From sequence record OR699282.2: a stretch of 64,000 nucleotides of DNA; one strand, written 5' to 3'. Under the pieces are notes generated by a model that was not told the origin of the DNA, searched no databases, and was given only the letters and a program-made list of their open reading frames with translations. Positions 9,987-19,996 of this stretch are shown piece by piece (the stretch's first letter is position 1; every line of letters begins with the position of its first letter). Both the position numbers and the translations under genes were made by a program.

Positions 9987-11264
9987 ATGAAATCTATGGA
10001 GAGAAATCAAATGCCAAGTAATTTTACTGATAAAAATGGTGGTAACATGGCTGGTCACTCTGATAAATGGAGTGAACGCAACCGCCGTCCAAATAGTTAT
10101 CAAGCAGGTCAAGGTTCACGTGGGTCACGTAATCAAGGAACTGGTCTAGCTGGTAAAGCAAACGCAGAAGCAGGTGAAGTTAAGAGTACTGAGAACATGA
10201 CTGAGCTAGAAAAGCTACGTTATGTTAATTCATTGGGACTTCTTAATGCTACACAAAAACAACGTCTAGCTGATATGGAACGTGAAGAAAAAGAAAAATC
10301 TGCTCCTGCTAAAGAAGAACCAAAACAAGAAGCACCAAAGGCGGTTAACCCTGTCAAAGAACTGTCGGATAAGTTAGGTAAGATTTTTGCTAATAAACCA
10401 CAACTTATCCAAGGTATTGTGAAAGAATTGCAATCTGTACCTAAAGAAGAATTAAAAGTCAAAGCACAAGCTGTACTTGATGCAATGAGTGGAAATACCA
10501 GTACTGAACCAACTGAAGTATTCAGTACTATAATGCGTGCACTTGAAGGTACGCAACAAGGTGATGTGCCTGCACAAGAGGAAGTAAGTCTTGAAAGCGT
10601 ACTTAAAACATTTGATAGTATTGGTAAAGAAGACCGTGCTAATGCTCAACAAGTTAAGAATGTACTAGCTAAGTTAGAAAACCGTCTGGAAGGTAAAGAC
10701 GATAAGATTAAATTAGTATCTGATGCAGTTAACGATGCACTTAAATCTTATGTACAAGGTGAAAAGAGTCGTTTTGTAACTGCAATGGATGCTGCATTCA
10801 ATACTATGAAAAAGTATGAAGCTGATCATGGTGAGAAGGTTACACGAGATGGTTATCTGATGCGTGATGATGAAGAAGGTGCAGTAGAACAGAACGATGT
10901 TCATTCAGACGAAGAAATTGATGACATGGAAGCTGAACTGTCACAAGACCGCCAAATGACTGAAAAATCCCATAACGAACTACAGAAATTAATGCAATGG
11001 GTTGCAGATGTTGGTGAAAAAGCTGGTGCTGATAAGAAGAGTATAAACCGAAATCTTAGTTGGATTAAAGATAAAGTTGGTAACAACGCTCGTAAACTAC
11101 AAAAAGCGTGGACTGATGTAGTGAATGGTGCTGTTGATATTGATGTTGAATCCGGTGAGGCATATGATTATGCATTGACTACACTTGATGACTCTTTCCG
11201 TGATTACGAAAATGGAAATGTAACTCCTTGGGAAAAGGACATCATGAGCAAATACGGTAAATGA
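9987..11264 (+). CDS. highly charged helical protein, possible internal virion protein
   Basis: 425 aa (start may be a few codons later); late promoter; RYVNSLGLL; repeated helical domain. Confidence 0.75.
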   Translation: MKSMERNQMPSNFTDKNGGNMAGHSDKWSERNRRPNSYQAGQGSRGSRNQGTGLAGKANAEAGEVKSTENMTELEKLRYVNSLGLLNATQKQRLADMEREEKEKSAPAKEEPKQEAPKAVNPVKELSDKLGKIFANKPQLIQGIVKELQSVPKEELKVKAQAVLDAMSGNTSTEPTEVFSTIMRALEGTQQGDVPAQEEVSLESVLKTFDSIGKEDRANAQQVKNVLAKLENRLEGKDDKIKLVSDAVNDALKSYVQGEKSRFVTAMDAAFNTMKKYEADHGEKVTRDGYLMRDDEEGAVEQNDVHSDEEIDDMEAELSQDRQMTEKSHNELQKLMQWVADVGEKAGADKKSINRNLSWIKDKVGNNARKLQKAWTDVVNGAVDIDVESGEAYDYALTTLDDSFRDYENGNVTPWEKDIMSKYGK

Positions 11265-11335
11265 TAAAACAAAAGGTTGACTTCGGTCAGCCTTTTTTTG
11301 TAAATACAAAAGAGGAATTAAGAAGAGGGATTACA

Positions 11336-11921
11336 ATGAAAAAATATATTATATTTGGAATTGTATTATTTTCCAGTACTGCTTATGGTGCAGATTATCA
11401 TTGCTCCGTAGCAAGGCAGGATTTCAGAAATGGGGAGTTCTATACTACCTCATACACAAAAGGAATAATACACGACACCGACAGAACTATTGGATTTAAT
11501 GTGTTTGACAACAAAGATTCATATACTTCAGGTATACTATCTGAGCATAAGACTGATGTAATGGGAATAGAAAAAGAGTTCCGGTGATTCAGTAGTAATG
11601 TGCAATGACATTGAAAGTACTAAAACAATTTATTATAATAATGAACGTAACTATCGTTTTCATAATTTAACCACAAATAAAAGTTTACTATTTTACAATT
11701 GTAAAGAAGTAATACTCCCATCAGACAATAGCTGTACTCCAACTAATCAACCCCCAGCACAATGTAATACTCCCTCTGAACCTGATAAAAATAAAAAAGA
11801 CAAAGATAAAGATAAAAAAGAAGACAAAAAACCTTTAAAAGATAAAAAGAAAGATAAAAAACCTAATCCGTTTAAAAATAATAAACCAGCACAACCCGAT
11901 ATGACATGTAAAATAAAATAA
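11336..11921 (+). pseudogene. exported protein with Lys/Asp-rich tail, split by +1 frameshift near 11582
   Basis: signal peptide; frame reads KEF-R-stop; +1 frame continues GDSVV directly into ORF 11598. Confidence 0.55.
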
Positions 11922-11930
11922 GGATATATA

Positions 11931-12350
11931 ATGAAAAAGATTTTTTTAAGTATTATTTTAGTACTTTTTAGTTTTAATGTATATGCAGCAGATGCTAAAC
12001 AGGTTGCAAATACAGTAAAAGATGTTATAGTAGATAATGCTCCTACATTAGAGGAAATTGGGGTAAAAACTTGTGATATAGTAATATATAATTTAGTTAA
12101 TGATGAACGAGTTATGTTGAATACGTATGAACAAGTAGTCCCATTGGTTGAATCTGGTGATGCTTTTAGCTTTACATATAAAGTTAAATTAACAGGAGGG
12201 GTTGAAGTTAATCTTGACATTGATACCGCTTCAGTACTAAAAGATAAACTAGGATATGTGTTCAATCGTATTCGTGAAGAAGGTCATCTTAAGTATGTTT
12301 ATGAAAGTAAAATACTAAAACGTGCAATAGTTATAGAAAACTGTAAATGA
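11931..12350 (+). CDS. exported protein
   Basis: signal peptide ending VYA; AAGGA RBS. Confidence 0.8.
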   Translation: MKKIFLSIILVLFSFNVYAADAKQVANTVKDVIVDNAPTLEEIGVKTCDIVIYNLVNDERVMLNTYEQVVPLVESGDAFSFTYKVKLTGGVEVNLDIDTASVLKDKLGYVFNRIREEGHLKYVYESKILKRAIVIENCK

Positions 12351-12419
12351 TAATAAAAGGGTTGACTTCGGTCAGCCTTTTTTGTTATGATGTTGGTATT
12401 AACTACAGAGGATAAAGTA

Positions 12420-13061
12420 ATGACTAAGCAAGACATATTCAAAACTTTAATTGACATTTTGCGTCCATCAAAAACTCGTTGTGCGATGGAGTTTGATATT
12501 CCTTATGCTGAACGCGTAATCTTTCCACAAGTTAAAGCTGCTGGACTTACTTTGCTTGGAATGGGGATGTACTCTGTAGTAGTTGAACATAAAAACTATC
12601 CTGGACGTGCATTTAAAGTAACCACTTCACGCTGGGATGGTTTTCGTGCTTATGCAAAGTACTGCATTGAAAACGCAGGAACCAAGTTTCTTCCAGTGAT
12701 CTACAGTGCCAACGAACAAGGAAACTTTGGATGGTATGAGATGGACAAGTACTATCCTATAATTAAACAAAAAAATAATTATGATGACTTTGTTAGTACT
12801 AAAATTGGAGATTTATATTCTTATGCACATGCTGGTCAGTACGCTACTTCAGTGAATGATATGCGTGGTAATTCTGAAGAGATTGCTATTGCAACGGTCG
12901 CTGCTAACATCATGAAAGAGTTTCACGGGCGTTTTGTACCAGACATTCATTCCAGTAATGTCATGATGGATAAAGATGGCAATGTATTCATTACTGATCC
13001 TCTTTCGTGTGATGTACGTAGAGAAATACCAGTTACTGAAGAAGATCCAGTTTTTTATTGA
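12420..13061 (+). CDS. T7 gp0.7-like Ser/Thr protein kinase
   Basis: GMGMYS..RAFKV..AY.KYC..LP.IY..DIHSSNVMM..FITDPL parallels T7 0.7 GNGHFS..RVIKV..DMHSGNIM..YITDPV. Confidence 0.85.
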   Translation: MTKQDIFKTLIDILRPSKTRCAMEFDIPYAERVIFPQVKAAGLTLLGMGMYSVVVEHKNYPGRAFKVTTSRWDGFRAYAKYCIENAGTKFLPVIYSANEQGNFGWYEMDKYYPIIKQKNNYDDFVSTKIGDLYSYAHAGQYATSVNDMRGNSEEIAIATVAANIMKEFHGRFVPDIHSSNVMMDKDGNVFITDPLSCDVRREIPVTEEDPVFY

Positions 13062-13122
13062 CAGAACTGATGTTCTGGTGTATTCTTAATAAACCATAAA
13101 AATTGCGGTAAAGGATAAAATC

Positions 13123-13404
13123 ATGCGTTCATTTGAAAACTTAATAGGTAAGCATCTTTTATCTGAAATTGATGCAGACGTTAAAGAATTATCCAAATCA
13201 AAAAGTTACATTCATTTGGATGAACTGTTTATTAAGTACGGTGAGATTGGTTTTAAGTCATTATTTGTTTTTACTATGAAAGTACATAGTTTAAAGTACT
13301 TCGATTTGAGTTCTAAAGATGGTGAACCGAATCTATATTACATGTATTACCTTAAGAACAAAGATGAAGCTAATACATTACTCTCTGAATATATATTGGG
13401 GTAA
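13123..13404 (+). CDS. hypothetical protein
   Basis: promoter TTGACA-17-TATTCT at 13058; AAGGA RBS. Confidence 0.75.
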   Translation: MRSFENLIGKHLLSEIDADVKELSKSKSYIHLDELFIKYGEIGFKSLFVFTMKVHSLKYFDLSSKDGEPNLYYMYYLKNKDEANTLLSEYILG

Positions 13405-13406
13405 AA

Positions 13407-13745
13407 ATGGAACAATATTTTGAATTAATAAACAAAGTATCATTTTATGTAGTATCTTTGGTTTGGGTGTATTATATGTTTTGCTACATTATTGCATTCT
13501 TCCGATACACTACTTTATATGAACGTATCTACTATGATGCCCCAATTTCATTCTTGATGTTTTGTGCATGTACGTGGGGAATATTAGAAGTACTGATATG
13601 TGGGTATAGTACTGATGAATTAAATCTGGTATCGGTCTTGACTGGGTTTTCATTTGTTGTTATGATAGCTGCCGTTCCAGTATGGTTGTTCTTTGGACTA
13701 GTTCATCGCATTGATATATGGCGTTCTAATATCCCTGAAAAGTAA
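13407..13745 (+). CDS. 3-TM membrane protein, paralog family
   Basis: hydrophobic; ends RSNIPEK. Confidence 0.75.
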   Translation: MEQYFELINKVSFYVVSLVWVYYMFCYIIAFFRYTTLYERIYYDAPISFLMFCACTWGILEVLICGYSTDELNLVSVLTGFSFVVMIAAVPVWLFFGLVHRIDIWRSNIPEK

Positions 13746-13754
13746 GGATTGGTA

Positions 13755-14096
13755 ATGATTTATTACACTAACATGTTTGCCTATGCTGTTGCTTGCATTT
13801 ACATTGTTTACTTCTTATTCGGTGGAGTACTGTGCTTCTTTAAGTACAAAACGTTGTTCAACCGAATGTACCCAAATCATCCAATTGTAGTTGTACTTTT
13901 GATTCTTTCAGTTTCTCAAATAATCGTTGAAACTACAATGGGTATCAGTAGTGTACATTATAGTTTTGGCACTATAGTAATTATTACTATGCTTATTGCA
14001 TACATTTTAGTACTTGGATATGGTATCTTTGGTAATATTGGTATGAAAATGTATCATCGAATTAAAACATTACGTGATAATCTACCGGAGCGTTGA
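13755..14096 (+). CDS. 3-TM membrane protein, paralog family
   Basis: hydrophobic; ends RDNLPER. Confidence 0.75.
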   Translation: MIYYTNMFAYAVACIYIVYFLFGGVLCFFKYKTLFNRMYPNHPIVVVLLILSVSQIIVETTMGISSVHYSFGTIVIITMLIAYILVLGYGIFGNIGMKMYHRIKTLRDNLPER

Positions 14097-14097
14097 T

Positions 14098-14442
14098 ATG
14101 TATAATTTGAACCTAATCTCATATATTATAACAACACTGTTTACATTCTATGCCTTTGTTGGTATAATCCTACTGTACTTTAAATTTTATAAAGTGTTTA
14201 ACCGTTTCTATCCTTCAATGGAGAATGAGTTTTTCTTTGTGTTGTACGTAGGTTACACATTAATGGCTACATGTTTCACTGTAGCCGATGGTGTCATCGG
14301 CATTAAAACTGATTCCCCAAATGGTAGTACGCTGGTTGCATTTATTCTTACTGGATTCCTTGCAACTTATATTGCCTTCATTACAACATGGTCAGTGGTT
14401 GAATTTCTCTTGCGACTACGAAAGAATATGCCGAATCGATAG
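14098..14442 (+). CDS. 3-TM membrane protein, paralog family
   Basis: hydrophobic; ends RKNMPNR. Confidence 0.75.
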   Translation: MYNLNLISYIITTLFTFYAFVGIILLYFKFYKVFNRFYPSMENEFFFVLYVGYTLMATCFTVADGVIGIKTDSPNGSTLVAFILTGFLATYIAFITTWSVVEFLLRLRKNMPNR

Positions 14443-14451
14443 GAGACATAT

Positions 14452-14706
14452 ATGTTTGCGTTGCGTAATAAAAACACTAAAGAATTATTATGTATTGATA
14501 CCGTATGGGATTGTGCGGGATCAACTACAGTTCTTGAAGAAGGAACTGGATATTGCGTGTTTGTTGTTCATGATAGGAATGAACTCGAATTATTACTTGC
14601 TGAGTTCAATGCTGGTGGTAATCCTAACAGTACTGAATACCCTGAGATTATCAATCCAGCACCACCAGGCTCTTATGAAATTCTACAACTGTGGGAGTTG
14701 AAGTAA
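14452..14706 (+). CDS. hypothetical protein
   Basis: AGGAG RBS; similar to 16568 gene. Confidence 0.75.
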   Translation: MFALRNKNTKELLCIDTVWDCAGSTTVLEEGTGYCVFVVHDRNELELLLAEFNAGGNPNSTEYPEIINPAPPGSYEILQLWELK

Positions 14707-15086
14707 TGCGTCAAATGCACAAAGTAACCGAGCTAAACAAGCGTCTGGTTAAACAATCAATGTTCGAGGATAAAGAGTCTTATTATAACTTTAAACGTGC
14801 TGTAGAGGCTGCTATCCACATTCAGAAGCTTAAAGAACGTGGTTGTATTATTCTGGAAAATGGGTCGGAAGTTGTAACGGATGACTTTAGTGTAGCGTTT
14901 GATGTTTCACCTGACGGGACGCTATCAATGCCCCGCTTAGGAACTGGAAACATGACTGTTTGGGTTGGCTTCACTATGGGGAATGTACCTGGTACTGTGT
15001 ACGTAGATGATGCGGAATTGAAAGACAGTTTCAAAAACTTATCTTATCTTGAACCACAATACGCACATGAAATGAATTTATTTTGA
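14706..15086 (+). CDS. hypothetical protein
   Basis: TAATG coupling. Confidence 0.75.
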   Translation: MRQMHKVTELNKRLVKQSMFEDKESYYNFKRAVEAAIHIQKLKERGCIILENGSEVVTDDFSVAFDVSPDGTLSMPRLGTGNMTVWVGFTMGNVPGTVYVDDAELKDSFKNLSYLEPQYAHEMNLF

Positions 15087-15087
15087 G

Positions 15088-15115
15088 TTGACAAACACAT
15101 TCAGTACTGTATAAT
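15088..15115 (+). promoter_or_regulatory. sigma70 promoter with leader hairpin
   Basis: TTGACA-16-TATAAT then GGGATGA-loop-TCATCCC. Confidence 0.8.
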
Positions 15116-15162
15116 GCTTATCAAGGGGATGAACTTCTCATCCCTACAATCGAGGAACTACC

Positions 15163-15717
15163 ATGATTACTTTTAAGAAAACTGCTAACCACATCCATGA
15201 AATCTACATTAACGGTCACAAAGCTGGCCTTCTTCGTTTACTCGCCCATCATCCTGATGTTACCGTATCTGATAATGAACCTAAAGATTGGCGTGTATTT
15301 TTCTTTGGAAAGTACAGTGATTTTCAAGTATCAAACCTGAAGAACATTCGTTCAGTATGCACGTTAACTGAAATTAAAGAAAAGTTAGAAAAAGCATTGA
15401 AAACTAATCCAGATGGTGTTCTTCCACCTGATAACTTTGTAGAGAAAGGTTATGCATTAGCTCATTTCAAAGATGGTACTATTCAATCTATCAGTACTGA
15501 ATATGAATATCAATGGACTGAGTACTTCACTTATGGATCGCGTAATACATTGATGGCTTCACGTAGTAAATTGGAAGAAGTACTGACTCGTATGAATGAA
15601 CGCGAACGTCAATTTTATGACAAACCAGAAATGTGGAGTTCAACTTACATTGACCGTATTGACTATGTTATTATGACTCCAATCTTTGACACTGCTTACT
15701 ATGATTCTTTGAAATAA
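15163..15717 (+). CDS. hypothetical protein
   Basis: GAGGA RBS. Confidence 0.8.
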   Translation: MITFKKTANHIHEIYINGHKAGLLRLLAHHPDVTVSDNEPKDWRVFFFGKYSDFQVSNLKNIRSVCTLTEIKEKLEKALKTNPDGVLPPDNFVEKGYALAHFKDGTIQSISTEYEYQWTEYFTYGSRNTLMASRSKLEEVLTRMNERERQFYDKPEMWSSTYIDRIDYVIMTPIFDTAYYDSLK

Positions 15718-15933
15718 GGATAACTTATATGAAACTACGTACTCGTAATCGACTGATGGATGCACTGTACCATGAACAGCTTTCACTGAATGAAGTGAAG
15801 CGTCAGTTAATGTACACATATCTGTTACCCGCTCGCATTGCAAAACAACGTGCTAAAGAATTGCTGAAAGAAGCAATCGAGTACTGGGAATCTGATTCGT
15901 ACTAATTGTCACGTTAATTAAGTGAGGCGATAA

Positions 15934-16185
15934 ATGAAAATTTTATTAGTTCTAATACTACTAATTGTTTTACCATTTACGTTAGTATCCCCTGAACTTG
16001 CATGGAATGTGTTTGTGTACTTACTATGTACTATTGTAGTAAATGGTATCTTGTTCTTAGTTCTATTCATAAATGGAATAGGACACGGTGGAGGATGGAC
16101 CAGTACTGCTGATATTGTACATAAAACCACTATGTCTTTATTTGTAGTGTGGAATTTATTCTGGACTTGGTTTGTGTTCTTCTAA
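15934..16185 (+). CDS. small membrane protein
   Basis: hydrophobic; GAGG RBS. Confidence 0.75.
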   Translation: MKILLVLILLIVLPFTLVSPELAWNVFVYLLCTIVVNGILFLVLFINGIGHGGGWTSTADIVHKTTMSLFVVWNLFWTWFVFF

Positions 16186-16194
16186 TTAAAAAAT

Positions 16195-16566
16195 ATGAAT
16201 ATAGATTTGAAAGGTGCAACCCGAACTGTTATCCTCATTGGGGAATACGCTATCAAGATTCCAACCTTTAAAAGTTGGAAGCTATTCTTAACAGGGATGA
16301 TAGCTAACCTCAATGAACGTTCGTGGATGCAGTACTCCAAGCGTAGTGATACTGGTATCTGTCCTACTTTGTGGTCATCATGTACTGGACTAGTAACTGT
16401 ACAGAAACGTTGTAAGCCAGTACAACATAGGGGTTTATTTTGGGTGGAGTTGTGTGCTTTAGCATTGAATTCAGAGTTAAGTACTGACTTCTTCTATTCA
16501 GATGCGAAGCCAGAAAACTTTGGGTATCTGTGTGGTAAGTTGGTTAAACTTGATTATGGAGATTAA
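16195..16566 (+). CDS. minimal protein-kinase-like protein
   Basis: GATRTV (Gly loop), AIKIP (beta3 Lys), NE (alphaC), DAKPEN (catalytic loop), KLDYG. Confidence 0.7.
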   Translation: MNIDLKGATRTVILIGEYAIKIPTFKSWKLFLTGMIANLNERSWMQYSKRSDTGICPTLWSSCTGLVTVQKRCKPVQHRGLFWVELCALALNSELSTDFFYSDAKPENFGYLCGKLVKLDYGD

Positions 16567-16567
16567 T

Positions 16568-16837
16568 ATGTACGCACTGTATAATAAAGAAAAGAAACGA
16601 TTTGCTAAGGTTGAAATTTCGATTGATACATTTGATATGTTGGAGTACTGTATTGTAACTGACCTATATGCTAACTTGTATTACGTTCTTGATGACGTAT
16701 CAGTACTGCAACGATTGCTTGAGAATTCCAAAAGTCAATGCCAGGGCATCCATGATGGTTCATCTTATGAAACACCTGAGTGTTCCTACGGCTATCTGGA
16801 CGGGTATGAGATTGTGAAGTTGGGGATTGTTGAATAA
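16568..16837 (+). CDS. hypothetical protein
   Basis: GGAG RBS; MYALYNK like 14452 MFALRNK. Confidence 0.75.
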   Translation: MYALYNKEKKRFAKVEISIDTFDMLEYCIVTDLYANLYYVLDDVSVLQRLLENSKSQCQGIHDGSSYETPECSYGYLDGYEIVKLGIVE

Positions 16838-16849
16838 ATGGATTAAACA

Positions 16850-16939
16850 ATGAAGAAGTGTATGATTCTTTGTTCTAATCACCATCGCATGGTACATTCT
16901 GGTAGACTATGTTTGATTGAAAGAAAAAAAAAGGGTTGA
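16850..16939 (+). pseudogene. HNH endonuclease C-terminal remnant
   Basis: MKKCMILCSNHHRMVHSG; stop immediately upstream in frame. Confidence 0.55.
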
Positions 16940-16993
16940 CTTCAGTCGGCCCTTTTTGCTATAATCATTTCATCGAAACGAGAGGATGAATAC

Positions 16994-17509
16994 ATGACAC
17001 GCATTAACTTAGTACACGTTAAAGAACTTGCTGACCAACATCTGATGGCTGAATATCGTGAACTCCCACGTGTATTTGGTGCTGTACAAAAACACGTTCA
17101 AGCACGTAAGCGTGTACGTGATTTCAAAATTAACAGTACTTACCTGTTGGGTTCAGGTCATGTAACATTCTTCTACAACAAGTTATTGTACTTACAGAAG
17201 CGTCATATTGATATTGTTAACGAATGTTTGCGTCGTGGTATGAAGATTCAAAACACTGAAGTAAACGACATTAGCGGATTCCCTGCTGAGTTTTGTAATG
17301 ACTACGTACCATCGGAGTCAGAGATTAAAATGTCTCGTGATCGTTTGATTGAGAAGCTCCAGATGAAGCCTAAGTGGTATAAGTTTACTGATGTTGAATG
17401 TCCACAGTACGTTAAAGATATGCAGAACGTAAGTAGTAAGAACGAATCTAGTACTGATATGTTCGACGAAATTGAAGAACAAATCAAAGATGAAATGAAT
17501 AATTATTAA
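16994..17509 (+). CDS. denV: pyrimidine-dimer DNA glycosylase / endonuclease V
   Basis: [38 protein letters not shown]4 endonuclease V signature. Confidence 0.95.
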   Translation: MTRINLVHVKELADQHLMAEYRELPRVFGAVQKHVQARKRVRDFKINSTYLLGSGHVTFFYNKLLYLQKRHIDIVNECLRRGMKIQNTEVNDISGFPAEFCNDYVPSESEIKMSRDRLIEKLQMKPKWYKFTDVECPQYVKDMQNVSSKNESSTDMFDEIEEQIKDEMNNY

Positions 17510-17547
17510 AGGAAAGGATTGACTTCGGTCACATAAAGGAACATAAC

Positions 17548-17742
17548 ATGTTATTAGTATATTCAAAGCGTTTCTGGATTTCTTTCATTGTACTTTCGCT
17601 AATCGGCTTCGGTGTGAGTATAATCTTTTCGTGGGATGAATTGGGTACATGGTATTATGAAGTTCCGTGGTACATGAAGATAGCTCCTTGTTATGCGGCA
17701 TTGTTCGTGTCATTCCTTATTGTTGTCTTCAGCGAGGATTAG
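17548..17742 (+). CDS. small membrane protein
   Basis: 2 hydrophobic segments; AAGGA RBS. Confidence 0.7.
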   Translation: MLLVYSKRFWISFIVLSLIGFGVSIIFSWDELGTWYYEVPWYMKIAPCYAALFVSFLIVVFSED

Positions 17743-17848
17743 TTGATGTAGTATTTGCTACACCAAAGTATTTGGATATTTTAGATATAAACATGGACAC
17801 CTGTTCTATCTTTCTGTATTATGTACATCACCAAATGAGGAATACAAC

Positions 17849-18208
17849 ATGGCATCTTTAAGTGAAATCGCAGAATACAACCCACTAACAATCTCAACAA
17901 TTCAACGTACAAAAACTTTTTATTTCCGTCCTGCTGATGGATGGAAACGTGGAATGAATGGTGACTATCGAGTACTGGAAGATTCACTAATCGAGCGTAT
18001 CAACTCTGAACTACAGAAGTATGAAGGTGTTAAAGTTGTGCGTTCAACTTCTCGTTATTTTGAGTACTACATTGAGTCTTCAACTGTAAATGAAAACTCA
18101 TCATTATCGGTGGACAACACTGATATTCTTCGTAATGCAGTTGGTATGTTATGCAACATTGCAGAAGAAATGGGATTAACTATTAGTACTATGAGTGAGT
18201 TAGAATAA
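17849..18208 (+). CDS. hypothetical protein
   Basis: GAGGA RBS. Confidence 0.8.
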   Translation: MASLSEIAEYNPLTISTIQRTKTFYFRPADGWKRGMNGDYRVLEDSLIERINSELQKYEGVKVVRSTSRYFEYYIESSTVNENSSLSVDNTDILRNAVGMLCNIAEEMGLTISTMSELE

Positions 18209-18273
18209 CATAAAGGGTTGACTTCGGTCAGCCCTTTTTGCTATAATCATTTCATCAACTCAAGAGGCAACAC

Positions 18274-18507
18274 ATGAAACTATCTTTTATACGATTGGCT
18301 GAATTCTTTGGTACTGATGTAATTACTCTACAACAAATCGCAGATAATACATCATTAACTACACAAGAAGTACTTGATTTAGATGTAATTCAGTGCGATA
18401 ATACTTCCATCGATTACAAAGAAGGTCTTGTCGAAAAAGATAAGATTCAAGCTAAAATTAATGGTGCTGGACGGGTTCAGTACTGGAAAGGAGTTTTAAG
18501 TAAATGA
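18274..18507 (+). CDS. hypothetical protein
   Basis: cassette promoter 18218; GAGG RBS. Confidence 0.75.
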   Translation: MKLSFIRLAEFFGTDVITLQQIADNTSLTTQEVLDLDVIQCDNTSIDYKEGLVEKDKIQAKINGAGRVQYWKGVLSK

Positions 18508-19928
18508 AAATTTATATTGATAAATTTGGAACGACTTATGAATATTATGATTATACACATTATAATTCATATATACAAAAAAATCATAACCAAATGTCAC
18601 CTTATTTGCATTATGAAGATTTAATGGAACTATTCTCTAAAAATGTAAATTCTATTAAATTTATTGGTTTTAAAGATCCAACATGGAAAAGTTCACATAC
18701 GCATGTGTATTTTGAATATGATAATATGGTATATGAACATTCAATATCAAATATCAAAACAAAATTCGCTGATCATAGATATAAACCAGGTAGAATATGT
18801 AGAACCTTGGAACAAATTATAAATGAGTCCATTTATATATTTAAAAAATATGATAAATTTAATTTTCATAGCATTGCATCATTTAATGGAGCACGAACTA
18901 TAATCAATTATACAATTGAAGGACGTGAAAGAATATTTTCTATATCATTCAATTCATTAATAAAAGATTTTAAAGGGGGAAGCCCATGTTATTCATATGA
19001 AGAAGTAGAAAATATATCTATAAAAAAATTAAATGAACATAATTTGAGATTTATCTCAATTAGTAAATTTAATGGTGTGTTTAGTTGTATTGAATATGAA
19101 CAACCAACTCAGAAAGGAAAAAAATATGTTGATTTTAATATATTAATCTATAATGAATGGAAAGGTAATCTACCGAATATAACTAATGAAGAGGTGAATA
19201 ATCGAATTTCAGAAAAAATGAAAAAACTAAATATCAATGAATATGAAATTGTAGAATATAACAGTACTAGGAGCATGGTTGAATATACAGTTGATGATAT
19301 TTCATATACAACTAGTTACGATAAGATTATGCATCCAACTTGGAAAGGTAATCCAAGATATACAAAAGAAAGAATAATAAAATTGTCGAAAAAATATTGC
19401 AAGGGTAAAAAATTTCAATTTAATAAAATAATTGGTAATGTTAAAGGAATTAATACTATCATTGAATTAGAACTTGAAAATGGTATGTTTATATATCCAA
19501 AATTTATACAATTAAAAGGAGGTTCTGACTTTAATACATCCACTGATGGTAAGATTTTAACAGAAATAATTTATCCTTTGTTCGACAATTATATCACACA
19601 AAAACGTTTTGAAAATTGTAGAAATCCTGAAACTGGATACTTGTTGCCATATGATTTGTATGTTCCAGAATTTAATTTATTATTAGAAAAAGATGGAGTG
19701 CAACATTACAATCCAACAGCATATTTTAATAAAACATATGAATCATATTTGAAATTGAGAGAGAGAGATGAATTTAAAAACAAATATGCCATATCAAATG
19801 GTTATAATTTCATGCGAATAGCAGATTATGAAGATCATGAAAAAATATTGAAATCTTTCCTTAAACTCATTGAAGAGAATCCAGGAAAGCAAATTGTGCA
19901 GATCTATGGTGAAGTACAAATTATCTAA
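18504..19928 (+). mobile_element. free-standing homing endonuclease, C-terminal PD-(D/E)xK (DUF559/Vsr-like) domain
   Basis: LPYDLYVPEFNLLLEKDGVQHY..RDEFKNKYAISNGYNFMRI; repeated N-terminal modules; very AT-rich. Confidence 0.75.
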
Positions 19929-19996
19929 AACAAAAGGGTTGACTTCGGTCGGCCCTTTTTGCTATAATTATTTCATCAACTGATGAGGATAACGAA

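Noticed and set aside
16994-17509. denV as a novelty (with acidic C-terminal extension)
   Set aside because: Well-known gene; the extension is short and low-complexity.
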